Assembly: GCA_026416665.1 (NCBI GenBank)
Contig: JAOAET010000051.1
Location: forward strand, 11,800 to 75,799
DNA length: 64,000 nt
From: Candidatus Omnitrophota bacterium
GTDB taxonomy: Bacteria > Omnitrophota > Gorgyraeia > Gygaellales > Profunditerraquicolaceae
Direction: 5' to 3'
Part shown: positions 28,757-38,742 of the stretch, in pieces
Layout of the letters: each line of letters opens with the position of its first letter
Position numbering within the stretch: position 1 is the stretch's first letter
The notes under the pieces: model-generated
Told to the model about the DNA's origin: nothing
The model's database searches: none
The model's input: only the letters and a program-made list of their open reading frames with translations
Position numbers and translations under genes: made by a program

Positions 28757-28788
28757 TGCCAACCACTTCTTACTTTTTGCGGATTTTT

Positions 28789-30051
28789 TTAAGATAGAGT
28801 CTTTGTTTTAGCAAGTAACGCAGCAGATTTACCCGCAAGCCAACCGGTAGAGAAGGCTGCTTGTAGGTTAAATCCACCTGTATCAGCATCTACATCAATA
28901 ACCTCACCACAGAAATACAACCCTTGTATGAGTCTTGACTGCATAGTCCTTGGGTCAATATCTTTTACGGATACACCACCTCTAGTAATCATCGCTTCTT
29001 TTAACAAAGCAGTAGAGCAGATTCTTAAGCGAAAATCCTTTAATAATTGCACTATCTGTTGACGTTGTCTGGCAGTTATTTGATTGGCAGTTGTATTTGG
29101 TGAAAAGCCCAAACGTTTAACGAAGACATCTATCATACTAATTGGTAAAAGTTCTTTTAAAATATTCTTCCATCTTTTAGCTGGGGCATTTTGAAATTCC
29201 CGCAACAGTCTATTGTGTAGTTGTTCGAAAGACAAAGCAGGTTTGAAATCAATACTTACCCAAACCTCCTTTTTCTCTAGTAGCCAATCTGCAATTAATC
29301 CACTATAGGTTAACACAAGCGGGCCTGAAATGCCTTGGGCAGTAAAAAGCATCTCTCCAATATCAGTAATAATTTTCTTATTTTGATTAAAAAATGTCAA
29401 ACGTATATTTTTAAGAGTCAGTCCTTCTGGCAATACCTCATCCGTTCCTACCCATAAGCCCACCAGACCCGGCCTTAATGGCACAATACTGTGGCCTGTT
29501 TGTCTTGCCCAACGGATTCCGTCACCTGTAGAACCAGTATCTGGATAAGAAACACCCCCGGTAGCTATTACTACACAACAAGCAGATAATCTACGACCAT
29601 CTTTAAGTTTTACTGCACGAATATGATTTTCCTCAGTCACAATGTCTTTTACAGAACAGTTACAAATAACCTGCACATTTCTGCCTCTTAGTTCTCGCTG
29701 TAAAGTTTCCAATATAGTTTTAGCTTTACCTGAAGCAGGAAAAACTCTTTGCTGACGCTCAACTACCAATTCTACTCCACGCTCTCTAAAAAATTCCATT
29801 AAATCTGTATTAAAAAATTCTTTAAATGCATCACGTAAGAACTGACCGTTAGAGAAGAATCTTGAAAGAAATTCCTCAAGGGAACATAAATTAGTTAGAT
29901 TGCAACGCCCTTTTCCTGTTAGAAGTAATTTACAACCACAAGAAGAATTTTTCTCAAGTAGAATAACTGGATGGTAAAATTGTGCTGCGCAAATAGCAGC
30001 CATCATTCCCGCTGGCCCTGCGCCAACTATTATGATAGGAAGTTTTCTCAC
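28789..30051 (-). CDS. HI0933/BaiN family flavoprotein
   Basis: GAGPAG, TGKGRCNLTN, TGG.SYP.TGSTGDG, TRGGV, TGGFNLQ. Confidence 0.95.
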   Translation of the reverse strand: MRKLPIIIVGAGPAGMMAAICAAQFYHPVILLEKNSSCGCKLLLTGKGRCNLTNLCSLEEFLSRFFSNGQFLRDAFKEFFNTDLMEFFRERGVELVVERQQRVFPASGKAKTILETLQRELRGRNVQVICNCSVKDIVTEENHIRAVKLKDGRRLSACCVVIATGGVSYPDTGSTGDGIRWARQTGHSIVPLRPGLVGLWVGTDEVLPEGLTLKNIRLTFFNQNKKIITDIGEMLFTAQGISGPLVLTYSGLIADWLLEKKEVWVSIDFKPALSFEQLHNRLLREFQNAPAKRWKNILKELLPISMIDVFVKRLGFSPNTTANQITARQRQQIVQLLKDFRLRICSTALLKEAMITRGGVSVKDIDPRTMQSRLIQGLYFCGEVIDVDADTGGFNLQAAFSTGWLAGKSAALLAKTKTLS

Positions 30052-30056
30052 AAAGG

Positions 30057-30617
30057 CTACACCCCAAGTTCTTTGAGTGTAAAGATTGGTCTAAGATTAA
30101 TGTTATGCTGGGCAAGATTTTCTTTTGCACCTTCGCTGCGGTCAACAATAACCAGTGCCTGCGATACGTGTACACCTAATTCCTGCAAAACTTGTTTTGC
30201 TTCAATAAGTGAATGCCCGGTCGTTGCTACATCGTCCACTAAAACAGCAATCTCATTAGTTTCTAAAGCAGGTCCTTCAATTCTCTGTTGCCTACCGTGG
30301 TCTTTAGGTTGTTTACGAATAATAAAGGTCTTAAGAGGTCGCTGGTTTAAAAAGCTTAAGCACGCTACTGCTCCAACAATGGGGTCTGCTCCTAAGGTAG
30401 GACCACCGAACGCATCTACTGTTTCGTCCTTTAACATTTCTAACATAAGCGAAGCCACCAACCAAGAGCCTTCCGGCATCATAGTGATAATTCTTCCATC
30501 AAGATAAAAAGAACTTTCTTTTCCAGAAGAAAGAATAAATTTTCCGCGTTTAAGGGCATGGCGTTGGATAAGTTCAAGAAGCCTTTTACGCATCTGTTGT
30601 TCATTAAGCTTTTCCAT
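30057..30617 (-). CDS. pyrE: Orotate phosphoribosyltransferase
   Basis: LSSGK.S..Y.D, RKQPKDHG, VDDVATTG. Confidence 0.96.
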   Translation of the reverse strand: MEKLNEQQMRKRLLELIQRHALKRGKFILSSGKESSFYLDGRIITMMPEGSWLVASLMLEMLKDETVDAFGGPTLGADPIVGAVACLSFLNQRPLKTFIIRKQPKDHGRQQRIEGPALETNEIAVLVDDVATTGHSLIEAKQVLQELGVHVSQALVIVDRSEGAKENLAQHNINLRPIFTLKELGV

Positions 30618-30696
30618 AATTAACCCCTTTTCTGCATGGCCTTTATATTTATAACTTTTGATTCTAGGACTTTGATTTAATTACAACTTTACTGGT

Positions 30697-30724
30697 ATTA
30701 TACCATCCACCCTTCTATTGTCAA
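30697..30724 (-). promoter_or_regulatory. sigma70 promoter for pyrE run
   Basis: TTGACA-16-TATAAT with extended -10 TG. Confidence 0.7.
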
Positions 30725-30736
30725 ATAACCAAACCT

Positions 30737-30765
30737 TTGACAATAAGTTATTTCGTTGCTATGAT
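30737..30765 (+). promoter_or_regulatory. sigma70 promoter for comF-lptFG
   Basis: TTGACA-17-TATGAT with extended -10 TG, 8 nt before ATG 30774. Confidence 0.75.
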
Positions 30766-30773
30766 AAAGCATT

Positions 30774-31508
30774 ATGGAAAACTTCTTAGTAAATTTCCTG
30801 CGTGGCTTACGCAATCTTATTTATCCAGCAGTATGTCTTGGTTGCTCAAAGAGACTAAATCCTGATGAAGAAAATAATTTTCTCTGTCGAAACTGCTGGC
30901 AAGCACTTAAAAGAAATGTTCCACCTTTTTGCACAAGATGTGGACGCACTATTGAACAAAAAAATAAAGATTTTAATATTTGTAAGCTCTGCCAGAATCG
31001 AAGCGTCTACTTCGATAAGGCATATGCACCTTTTCGCTATGAAGGAGCCATACAGAAACTTATTCATTCTTTTAAATATAAAGGAAATGATTATATAGGG
31101 AAGGTCTTAGCTGATAATATAATAGAGTTTATTTTAGAATACCATCTTCCTGTTTCTGAGATAGACGTAGTTATGCCTGTTCCGTTATATAGTAGTCGTA
31201 AAAGAGAAAGAGAGTTCAATCAGGCAGAAGTATTAGCTCAGTTAATCGCCAAAAGATTTAATAAAACCTTAGTAAGTAACAACTTAATACGCACGCGTTA
31301 TACTTCTACACAAACAGAATTAGAATATGCGCAAAGATTAGAAAATGTCAAAGGGTGTTTTAACCTAAAAAGGCCACAAGAAGTTGCTAATAAAAACGTG
31401 CTTTTGATTGATGATGTATTAACTACTGCCGCAACCGTCTCAGAAGCAGCATCTGTGTTGAAAGAAGCCAATGCCAGATACATTGTTGTTGTAACAATAG
31501 CAAACTGA
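30774..31508 (+). CDS. comF: ComF family protein (zinc ribbons plus PRTase-like domain)
   Basis: CxxC pairs, PVPL, REFNQA, LIDDVLTT. Confidence 0.92.
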   Translation: MENFLVNFLRGLRNLIYPAVCLGCSKRLNPDEENNFLCRNCWQALKRNVPPFCTRCGRTIEQKNKDFNICKLCQNRSVYFDKAYAPFRYEGAIQKLIHSFKYKGNDYIGKVLADNIIEFILEYHLPVSEIDVVMPVPLYSSRKREREFNQAEVLAQLIAKRFNKTLVSNNLIRTRYTSTQTELEYAQRLENVKGCFNLKRPQEVANKNVLLIDDVLTTAATVSEAASVLKEANARYIVVVTIAN

Positions 31509-31510
31509 TT

Positions 31511-32608
31511 ATGAGAATTATCAGAAATTATATTTTAAGTGAGTTTATAGGTCCTTTGGTTTTATCAATGTTATTGTTAAGTTTTGTATTTACAGTTGGG
31601 CACCTTGTGCAAATTGCTTATTTAGTAATAAATAAAGGAGTGGATACCTTTACAGTGATGAAGCTTTTTCTACTACGTATTCCAGCTATTTTTACCTATA
31701 TTCTGCCTATCTCCGTATTAGTAGCAGTACTTATTTCCTTAGGAAGACTATCTTATGACAATGAAATAATTGCTATGCGCGCAAGTGGAATCGCCCCCAT
31801 ACGTATCGTTGCTCCTCTCTTGGTATTAGGAATAATTTTAAGTATGGCGATGACTATTATCAATGACCGCCTTATTCCCTATGCACACTTCCAGTGGCGT
31901 AAGACTTTAATAGAAGTTGGGATTCGCAACCCAGCTGCTGCACTTGAACCCGGAGTATTTATTACCTCTTTTGAACGTTATATTCTATTTATCTATGCTA
32001 TTGATGGTGAGAGACTCTATAATATCCGTATTTACGAGCCTCAAGGGGAGAATAAACCTACCAGAGTGATTGTGGCACGCCAAGGAGAATTCCTTGCCCT
32101 GCCGGAACAAAAAATTATTAAACTTAAACTAATAGATGGGACTGCAGACGAACCTGACCCCGAACATCCCTCTAACTTCTATAAACTAAATTTTAAGACT
32201 TATTTTATGACTCTCCAACTTGGCCAATTATCTGACCCTAATAAATTAGAAAAGAAACCTAAGGATATGACGGTATCAGAACTTAAAAAGGAAATTATTA
32301 AACTTAAGCAGGCAGAGGTAGATACTACGCCGCTGTTAGTTGAGATTCATAAAAAAATAGCCCTTGGTTTTGCCCCTTTTATATTTGTGCTTTTAGGTGC
32401 ACCTCTTTCTATGATAACCCGCCGTAGAGAAAAATCTCTTAATTTTGGAATTGCCTTTATTATTATTGGTATATATTATCTACTTCTTTTAGGTGCAGAA
32501 GCGTTGGCTATACAAGGTTATCTACAACCTTTGATTGCCTTGTGGTTACCAAATTTAGTTTTAGGTTTTCTAGGTTCTTATTTGTTTGTCCGATTATGCG
32601 TATCTTAG
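31511..32608 (+). CDS. lptF: LPS export permease LptF
   Basis: LGRLS.DNEI.AMRASGI, WLPN; YjgP/YjgQ family, first of pair. Confidence 0.85.
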   Translation: MRIIRNYILSEFIGPLVLSMLLLSFVFTVGHLVQIAYLVINKGVDTFTVMKLFLLRIPAIFTYILPISVLVAVLISLGRLSYDNEIIAMRASGIAPIRIVAPLLVLGIILSMAMTIINDRLIPYAHFQWRKTLIEVGIRNPAAALEPGVFITSFERYILFIYAIDGERLYNIRIYEPQGENKPTRVIVARQGEFLALPEQKIIKLKLIDGTADEPDPEHPSNFYKLNFKTYFMTLQLGQLSDPNKLEKKPKDMTVSELKKEIIKLKQAEVDTTPLLVEIHKKIALGFAPFIFVLLGAPLSMITRRREKSLNFGIAFIIIGIYYLLLLGAEALAIQGYLQPLIALWLPNLVLGFLGSYLFVRLCVS

Positions 32609-33696
32609 ACCGATATATCAGCAATTTTTTTCTAAAAATGTTCTTTTTATGCGTAAGTGTTTTTCTATTCCTTTTTATCATTGTAGATCTGTTTAGCCAT
32701 CTTGAACTTATTCTAGAAAATAAACTTGGCTGGGCCATCTTAAAACATTATTACATAAGCCTTCTGCCAACAGTTTTTATACAAGTCAGCCCATTTGCGT
32801 GCCTACTTGCTACATTATATACCTTTGCCAAGATGAATAATGATAATGAAATTACTGCGATGCGTGCTTCTGGTTTAAGTGTTTTTGATATTACCCGAAC
32901 AACTATCATCTTTGGATTTATTTTGACTATCTTTGTCTTTTGGCTCAATGACCGTGTTGCCCCAGCGTTCCGTTATAAAAACAGTATTATTAAAGAAACA
33001 ATGGAAAATGCAAAACCTAATAAAGAATCACTTCAGGAAGAGATATTGAATAATCTAGCTGTCTATGGCAGGCAGAATCGCTTGTTTTATATTAAAAAAT
33101 TCAATCTCTCAAATAACCAGATGTTTGATATCATTATCCTAGAACATGATAATAACCAAAATATCGTCAAAAAAATAGTGGCGACAAAAGGCATTTATAA
33201 CGATAATGTCTGGAAATTCTTCCAGTGTATAACCTATCAATATTCTGAAGATGGTCAGTTAAAAGAATCACCTAAATACTCGGAAGAAGAAATTGTCCCT
33301 TTTCCAGAGACACCCCAAGACTTTATCTTGCAAAGGCAAAACCCCTCTTTTATGAATGTAGCACAACTTGAGGATTATATCTGGCGTCTTTCTAAAAGTG
33401 GAGCAACAGCAGCAGCCCGAAATTTCCAAGTAGACTATTATGATAGATTTACTATGCCATTGGCAAATCTAATTATTATACTATTAGGTATCCCTTTTGC
33501 CCTACGTATAAGGAAAAAGGCACCAGGGCTGTCAGCGTTTGGAGTGTCGTTAATTTTAGGTTTCTTTTATTACATTTTGTCTGCAATCTGTCTTGCCCTA
33601 GGTAAAGCAGGTATCATTAGCCCTATTTTTGCAACTACCGCTAGCCATTCTATTATGCTTATTATAAGCCTATATCTTTTAAGTACCCTTCCTTAA
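32596..33696 (+). CDS. lptG: LPS export permease LptG
   Basis: MRILDRYI start, NEITAMRASG, second YjgP/YjgQ gene. Confidence 0.85.
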   Translation: MRILDRYISNFFLKMFFLCVSVFLFLFIIVDLFSHLELILENKLGWAILKHYYISLLPTVFIQVSPFACLLATLYTFAKMNNDNEITAMRASGLSVFDITRTTIIFGFILTIFVFWLNDRVAPAFRYKNSIIKETMENAKPNKESLQEEILNNLAVYGRQNRLFYIKKFNLSNNQMFDIIILEHDNNQNIVKKIVATKGIYNDNVWKFFQCITYQYSEDGQLKESPKYSEEEIVPFPETPQDFILQRQNPSFMNVAQLEDYIWRLSKSGATAAARNFQVDYYDRFTMPLANLIIILLGIPFALRIRKKAPGLSAFGVSLILGFFYYILSAICLALGKAGIISPIFATTASHSIMLIISLYLLSTLP

Positions 33697-33871
33697 AACC
33701 TAGAAATCCAAAAATTAACTTATCATTTTTAGAAAAGTTTGGCTATACCTGAAAAAATTAAATTATCTTGGTTTAAAACCATTAAAAGGATTTTTATGAG
33801 ATGAAATTATTTATCCGAAATAAAGATGGGGATTAATCTTAGAATATTTTTAAGATATTATTCTTTGTAAA

Positions 33872-34996
33872 TTAGAAGTTTAGATAAACACGAGGGATAC
33901 GATTACCCAAGCTACAAACAATTTCATAAGGTATGGTTTTCGCCAACTGAGCAAGTTCTTCCACCGTTATTGACTGCTTACCTTGCTTACCGATAAGTAC
34001 AGCTTCTTCTCCAATTTTGACTTTAGTGTTACCAACATCTACCATACATTGATCCATACAAATTCTGCCACTAATAGTAAAACGCTTTCCTTTGATTAAA
34101 ACAATTCCTTTATTGGAAAGTGCACGTGGGTATCCGTCACCATAACCAATAGGTAGAGTAACAATATTTGTAGCTTGTTTAGTCACATAAGTATGCCCGT
34201 AGCTAATACCTGTACCTTTAGGCACGCGTTTGACAAATATTACCTTTGTCTTAAGAGCTAACACTGGCTTGAAACGTAGCCCCATATGTCCTTGAGGATG
34301 CAAACCGTAAAGAACTAATCCAGGTCTGACCATGGTAAAGTGGCTGTTACGATATGCAAGTAACCCTATACTATTTGCGGCATGAATAAGTGGTATCTGA
34401 ATATTTTTTTTACTTAGTCTCAGAATCAGATTATTAAACAGATCAATCTGATGTTGAGTAAATTCCCAATCCATATCAGCAAAGGCAAAATGTGTAAATA
34501 ACCCTTCAATATTAAGCCAAGGTAAACAACTAATCTTACAAATCAATTCATCGGCATCCCTATAATCAACTCCTAAACGCGCCATACCCGTATCCACTTT
34601 AATATGGATATTGATTTTTCGTTTGAGGCTGTTTGCGTACTTATTCAGTTTTCTTGCAAAATCAATAGTACAAACTGTGGGAATAAGCTGCCACTTGAAT
34701 AATGCTGGTATATTTTGATTAAGTATAAGTCCTAAAACAAGAATAGGTTTTTTAATACCATCTTTGCGTAGGATTATTGCTTCATCAATAGAGGCAACGC
34801 CAAAATAATCTACCCCACAGCCAACAAGTTTACGAGCAACTGGCACAATACCATGTCCATAGGCATCTGCCTTAACTGTTGCTAAAATTTTAGTAGAAGG
34901 ATTAAGACGCCTGCGCACAATATCTAAATTATCTGCCAGTGCCTTAAGGTCTATCTCTGCCCATGTAGGACGGTAACTAATGATTTTTTTATTCAT
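33872..34996 (-). CDS. alr: Alanine racemase
   Basis: VKADAYGHG, VRPG, GYGDG, GRICMD. Confidence 0.97.
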   Translation of the reverse strand: MNKKIISYRPTWAEIDLKALADNLDIVRRRLNPSTKILATVKADAYGHGIVPVARKLVGCGVDYFGVASIDEAIILRKDGIKKPILVLGLILNQNIPALFKWQLIPTVCTIDFARKLNKYANSLKRKINIHIKVDTGMARLGVDYRDADELICKISCLPWLNIEGLFTHFAFADMDWEFTQHQIDLFNNLILRLSKKNIQIPLIHAANSIGLLAYRNSHFTMVRPGLVLYGLHPQGHMGLRFKPVLALKTKVIFVKRVPKGTGISYGHTYVTKQATNIVTLPIGYGDGYPRALSNKGIVLIKGKRFTISGRICMDQCMVDVGNTKVKIGEEAVLIGKQGKQSITVEELAQLAKTIPYEIVCSLGNRIPRVYLNF

Positions 34997-35003
34997 ATTA
35001 AGC

Positions 35004-35702
35004 TTATTTGATGCGCACCTGACACTCTTTAGGATACAAATATAAGGGTAAAACCGTAAAAGTATTACCTATTCTTTTGCCAAGTATAGCCTGTCGGCTT
35101 TCTTTTAAAAGGGCATAGCTTGACATAAACCAGTAATCTTTGTCTAAAAATTGCGCTTCAGGAAATTCCCTTTGTAGTAAATCCTTAGCAAAAATTAGAC
35201 CGTCACCAAAAAATGCTATATCCCCAAAAAATTTTTTTTCAATTGTTTTGTGTATATTTTTAACTAAATCGTCCTGAGAAATAAGTAAGTAAGGCCCTAT
35301 ACGTTTCCATAATCCAGAAATATTTTTATAAATTGCTGTGTAGAGAAGATTCCTTCGTGCATCAATAAGTGGAACAGAAAACCTGGCTTTATTATTTGCA
35401 TTATTCGCTAATATATCCAAACTTACTACCCCTACCAATGGTTTTTTTAGTGCCCAACTAAAACCTTTTAATGTTGCCATACCTATACGTACACCAGTAA
35501 ATGACCCTGGGCCTCTACCACAGCAAAAATAATCAAAATCCTTTAGGTTAAGCCTAATACTTTTAGTTATTCTCTGAATCGTTGGGATAAGTACTTCCGA
35601 TAGACGACGACCAATCTCAATCTCATAGAGATATTCACGGTCTTGCTCTGCGATTCCAATACACAAACGGGATGTAGAGGTATCAACGCTTAATATCTTC
35701 AT
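35004..35702 (-). CDS. tsaB: t6A biosynthesis protein TsaB
   Basis: GPGSFTG.RIG, DARR. Confidence 0.95.
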   Translation of the reverse strand: MKILSVDTSTSRLCIGIAEQDREYLYEIEIGRRLSEVLIPTIQRITKSIRLNLKDFDYFCCGRGPGSFTGVRIGMATLKGFSWALKKPLVGVVSLDILANNANNKARFSVPLIDARRNLLYTAIYKNISGLWKRIGPYLLISQDDLVKNIHKTIEKKFFGDIAFFGDGLIFAKDLLQREFPEAQFLDKDYWFMSSYALLKESRQAILGKRIGNTFTVLPLYLYPKECQVRIK

Positions 35703-36150
35703 AGATTTTTTTAGCTAATTCTTGATAATGCTGTCCATATCCTTTAAAAAAAATTTTTCTTGTCTGCTGCCCAGTTACTTCTAAATAAACCTCAAGAAAT
35801 TGCTTGGGCGTAAGATAACCTAGTTTATCAGCCCACTCAATAAGAGTAACTCCTTCGCCAAAGATAAATTCTTCATATCCGATAGATAAAATTTCATCTG
35901 GATTTTTTAGACGATACAAGTCCATATGATAGACCGTAAGCCTTCCCTCATACTGACGCATTAAAACAAAAGTTGGGCTGGTTACTTCTTTTGGGATAAC
36001 ACCTAGACCTGCACAAATTCCTTTCGCAAGTACAGTTTTCCCTGATCCTAATTCACCTATTAAACAAAGGATATCTGCCGGTCTCAATTTCCTTGCAATT
36101 TTCTTCCCTAAAGAGAGTGTATCTTTTTCCGAATTACTTATAAATTGCAT
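35683..36150 (-). CDS. tsaE: t6A biosynthesis ATPase TsaE
   Basis: GELGSGKT, SPTF, HMDLYRL, IEW. Confidence 0.96.
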   Translation of the reverse strand: MQFISNSEKDTLSLGKKIARKLRPADILCLIGELGSGKTVLAKGICAGLGVIPKEVTSPTFVLMRQYEGRLTVYHMDLYRLKNPDEILSIGYEEFIFGEGVTLIEWADKLGYLTPKQFLEVYLEVTGQQTRKIFFKGYGQHYQELAKKIYEDIKR

Positions 36151-36152
36151 AA

Positions 36153-37058
36153 CTAAAAGTGACTGAAACCTTGTGGCTTTAAACGAATTTTCCTACCAAA
36201 GCGGTCAATCATTATCATACCGAAACTTGCAGGCATAATTTGACCTAATACAAAGAAATTCTTTTTTGTCTTTCTTAAACGTCGTGCCTCTCTCAATGGC
36301 AAAGTAAACAGTAACTCAAAATCTTCACCACTGGTTAAGGCATCCCAAAGATTTTCACACTGCGTTGACCAAGGGATTAGTTCCTCATATAAAAACACAC
36401 CGACTTTACTTGCCTCTAAAATATGGTTTAGGTCCTGCAAAAGCCCATCAGAGACATCTATCATTGCATGCACTTGGTAGTTTCTTACCAGATACTGTGC
36501 TTCTTGAAGTCGTGGAGTGAAACTAAGGTGTTTTCCTTTTATGGAGCCACCAAAAGGTCCGCTTGAAAATAGAATATCTCCTGGCTTTGCCATACTACGT
36601 AAAGCAAGATGCCTTCGTCTTACAAGACCACTTATGCTTACACTAATCGCTAAACGGTCTAATTTGCTTATATCTCCACCAACTATTTCTACATTATATT
36701 GCTGGGCTATTTCTAACATACCGTCATATAAACGGTCAATGGTCTTTATAGGGGTATGCTCTGGTAAAGCTAAGGATACCAGACATGCCTTAGGTAATCC
36801 TCCACAACTTGCTATATCACTAATACAAACTGCCAGTGCCTTTCTCCCTATTAATCTTGGGTCACAATTACTTGTAAAGTCTACTCCCTCTACAATCATA
36901 TCACAACTTAAAAGTTGATAGTGTGTGCGATTATAAGGTAACACTGCACAATCATCACCTATTCCTAATTTAATGCGATTAGATAATTTTATCTTTTCAG
37001 AAATAACTTTAATTAATCCAAATTCACCTATATCCTTTACTCTTTTTAAATCTGCCAT
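36153..37058 (-). CDS. thiL: Thiamine-monophosphate kinase
   Basis: GEFGLI, GIGDDCA, SDIA, GGD, DVSDGL, GEDFEL. Confidence 0.96.
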   Translation of the reverse strand: MADLKRVKDIGEFGLIKVISEKIKLSNRIKLGIGDDCAVLPYNRTHYQLLSCDMIVEGVDFTSNCDPRLIGRKALAVCISDIASCGGLPKACLVSLALPEHTPIKTIDRLYDGMLEIAQQYNVEIVGGDISKLDRLAISVSISGLVRRRHLALRSMAKPGDILFSSGPFGGSIKGKHLSFTPRLQEAQYLVRNYQVHAMIDVSDGLLQDLNHILEASKVGVFLYEELIPWSTQCENLWDALTSGEDFELLFTLPLREARRLRKTKKNFFVLGQIMPASFGMIMIDRFGRKIRLKPQGFSHF

Positions 37059-37079
37059 TCTTACTTATCCGATATCCAC

Positions 37080-38126
37080 TTATTTCCCAAAAAGTATTTT
37101 GCGAATATTTCTTGTGTACGGCGGTCTAATAATTCCCTTTTCAGTAATAAATGCCTTAATAAACTTTGCATCGGTTATATCAAAAGCAGGATTAAAGACC
37201 TTTATACCCTTTACTGCCATTGGCTTTTTAAAAAATAGGGTAGTTACTTCCTCAGCGGGCCGTTCTTCTATTGGTATATCCTTTCCTTCTGAACAGTTAA
37301 GGTCAAAAGTAGAACAAGGTGCTGCTACATAGAAGGCAATACCGTGGTAGTATGCAAGAACTGCTAACATGTAAGTGCCAATTTTATTAGCAGTATCTCC
37401 GTTTGCTGCAATACGGTCAGCTCCTACTAACACACAATCAATTTTTTTATTTTTCATTAGGGTGGCGGCCATATTATCGCAGATAAGGGTAACATCTATA
37501 GCCTTCTGTTTCAATTCCCAAGTAGTTAACCGAGCACCCTGCAGAAGTGGTCTTGTCTCACAGGCAAAAACAGAAAAATTTTTTTTCTTTTCTTTTGCCC
37601 GAAACAAAATCCCTAAGGCAGTCCCATAATCGATAGTAGCCAATGCTCCGGTATTACAAATAGTTAAAACCCTTGCTTCATCAGCGATTAACCTCTCACC
37701 ATTTTCAGCTATTTTACGACAAACTAATTTGTCTTCTTCAATAATCTTAACAGCCTCTTTTAGAACAATTTTTTTTAGCTCTTTTGGTGAACAGCCTTTA
37801 TTGTTTAATACCGCCCGCCAAACTCGTTCAATACCCCAAAAAAGATTACGTGCAGTAGGCCGTGCGTGGCTAATTAATCTCTTTGCATAATTAAGTTCTT
37901 TTAAAAATTCAAAGAAATTTTTTGCACAAGAATCTTTTATCCCTAAATACAAACCTAAGGCTGCTGCTGCTCCTAATGCAGGTGCACCCCTTACCTTTAA
38001 TTTTTTGATAGCTGATACTAACGACTGTAGGTCATAACACCAAATATAACGAAAGGTATTGGGCAAAACACTCTGGTCAACTAAACGCACTGCCTGGTTC
38101 TTAAAAGCTATTGTTTGATAAATCAT
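37080..38126 (-). CDS. mtnA: Methylthioribose-1-phosphate isomerase
   Basis: VRGAPA, RPTA.NL, CNTGALAT, ETRPLLQG, NKIGT. Confidence 0.95.
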   Translation of the reverse strand: MIYQTIAFKNQAVRLVDQSVLPNTFRYIWCYDLQSLVSAIKKLKVRGAPALGAAAALGLYLGIKDSCAKNFFEFLKELNYAKRLISHARPTARNLFWGIERVWRAVLNNKGCSPKELKKIVLKEAVKIIEEDKLVCRKIAENGERLIADEARVLTICNTGALATIDYGTALGILFRAKEKKKNFSVFACETRPLLQGARLTTWELKQKAIDVTLICDNMAATLMKNKKIDCVLVGADRIAANGDTANKIGTYMLAVLAYYHGIAFYVAAPCSTFDLNCSEGKDIPIEERPAEEVTTLFFKKPMAVKGIKVFNPAFDITDAKFIKAFITEKGIIRPPYTRNIRKILFGK

Positions 38127-38133
38127 ATCAACC

Positions 38134-38739
38134 TTAACGATATATTTTTTCTTGTAATTCTTTTATTCGCTCTTTAATCTTAGACCGAATAATACGGCAT
38201 TGGTTAGGTTTAAGCAGTTCTAATACCTTTCGATAAGCTCTAATAGCAGCTTCAATTTCACCAAGATTAGCCAAGGCATCTGCCAAATTATCGTAGGTAA
38301 CTGCCCTATCTGGTTCAAGTTCCAATGCTTTATTAAAACATTTGATTGCCTCAGTGTATCTTCCAATATTATTAAGAAGCCATCCTTTGTTGTGGTAAAT
38401 CGTGGCATAATCAGGTTCAGCGGCAATTCCTTTATCAAAATATTCCAGTGCTTCATCAATAATACCGAGCTCTACCATACACAAAGCACGGTCATTGTAA
38501 CTGGCACCGTCCTTAGGATTAAGCTTAAGCGCTAAGTCAAAATGCTCTATAGCGGAAACGAACCTATTTTTTAGCAAATCAATCTGACCTTTAAAATATT
38601 CAATCTCTGAAACAATATTTCTCTTTTTTGCCAAGGCTAGAAATTTTCTGGCAAGCCCAAGCGCCTGCTTTTTAGTACCGTAGGTAATTGCCTGATCTAA
38701 CTGATGGCGCTGACGTGCAAAAATAGTCTGTTTACTCAT
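38134..38739 (-). CDS. TPR protein
   Basis: Several TPR units (YHNKG..L...G.Y.EA...F.KAL.L.P). Confidence 0.9.
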   Translation of the reverse strand: MSKQTIFARQRHQLDQAITYGTKKQALGLARKFLALAKKRNIVSEIEYFKGQIDLLKNRFVSAIEHFDLALKLNPKDGASYNDRALCMVELGIIDEALEYFDKGIAAEPDYATIYHNKGWLLNNIGRYTEAIKCFNKALELEPDRAVTYDNLADALANLGEIEAAIRAYRKVLELLKPNQCRIIRSKIKERIKELQEKIYR

Positions 38740-38742
38740 TGT

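Noticed and set aside
29971-30507. 178-aa ORF on + strand
   Set aside because: Antisense to pyrE, no recognisable motifs; same applies to the other short antisense ORFs in the track.
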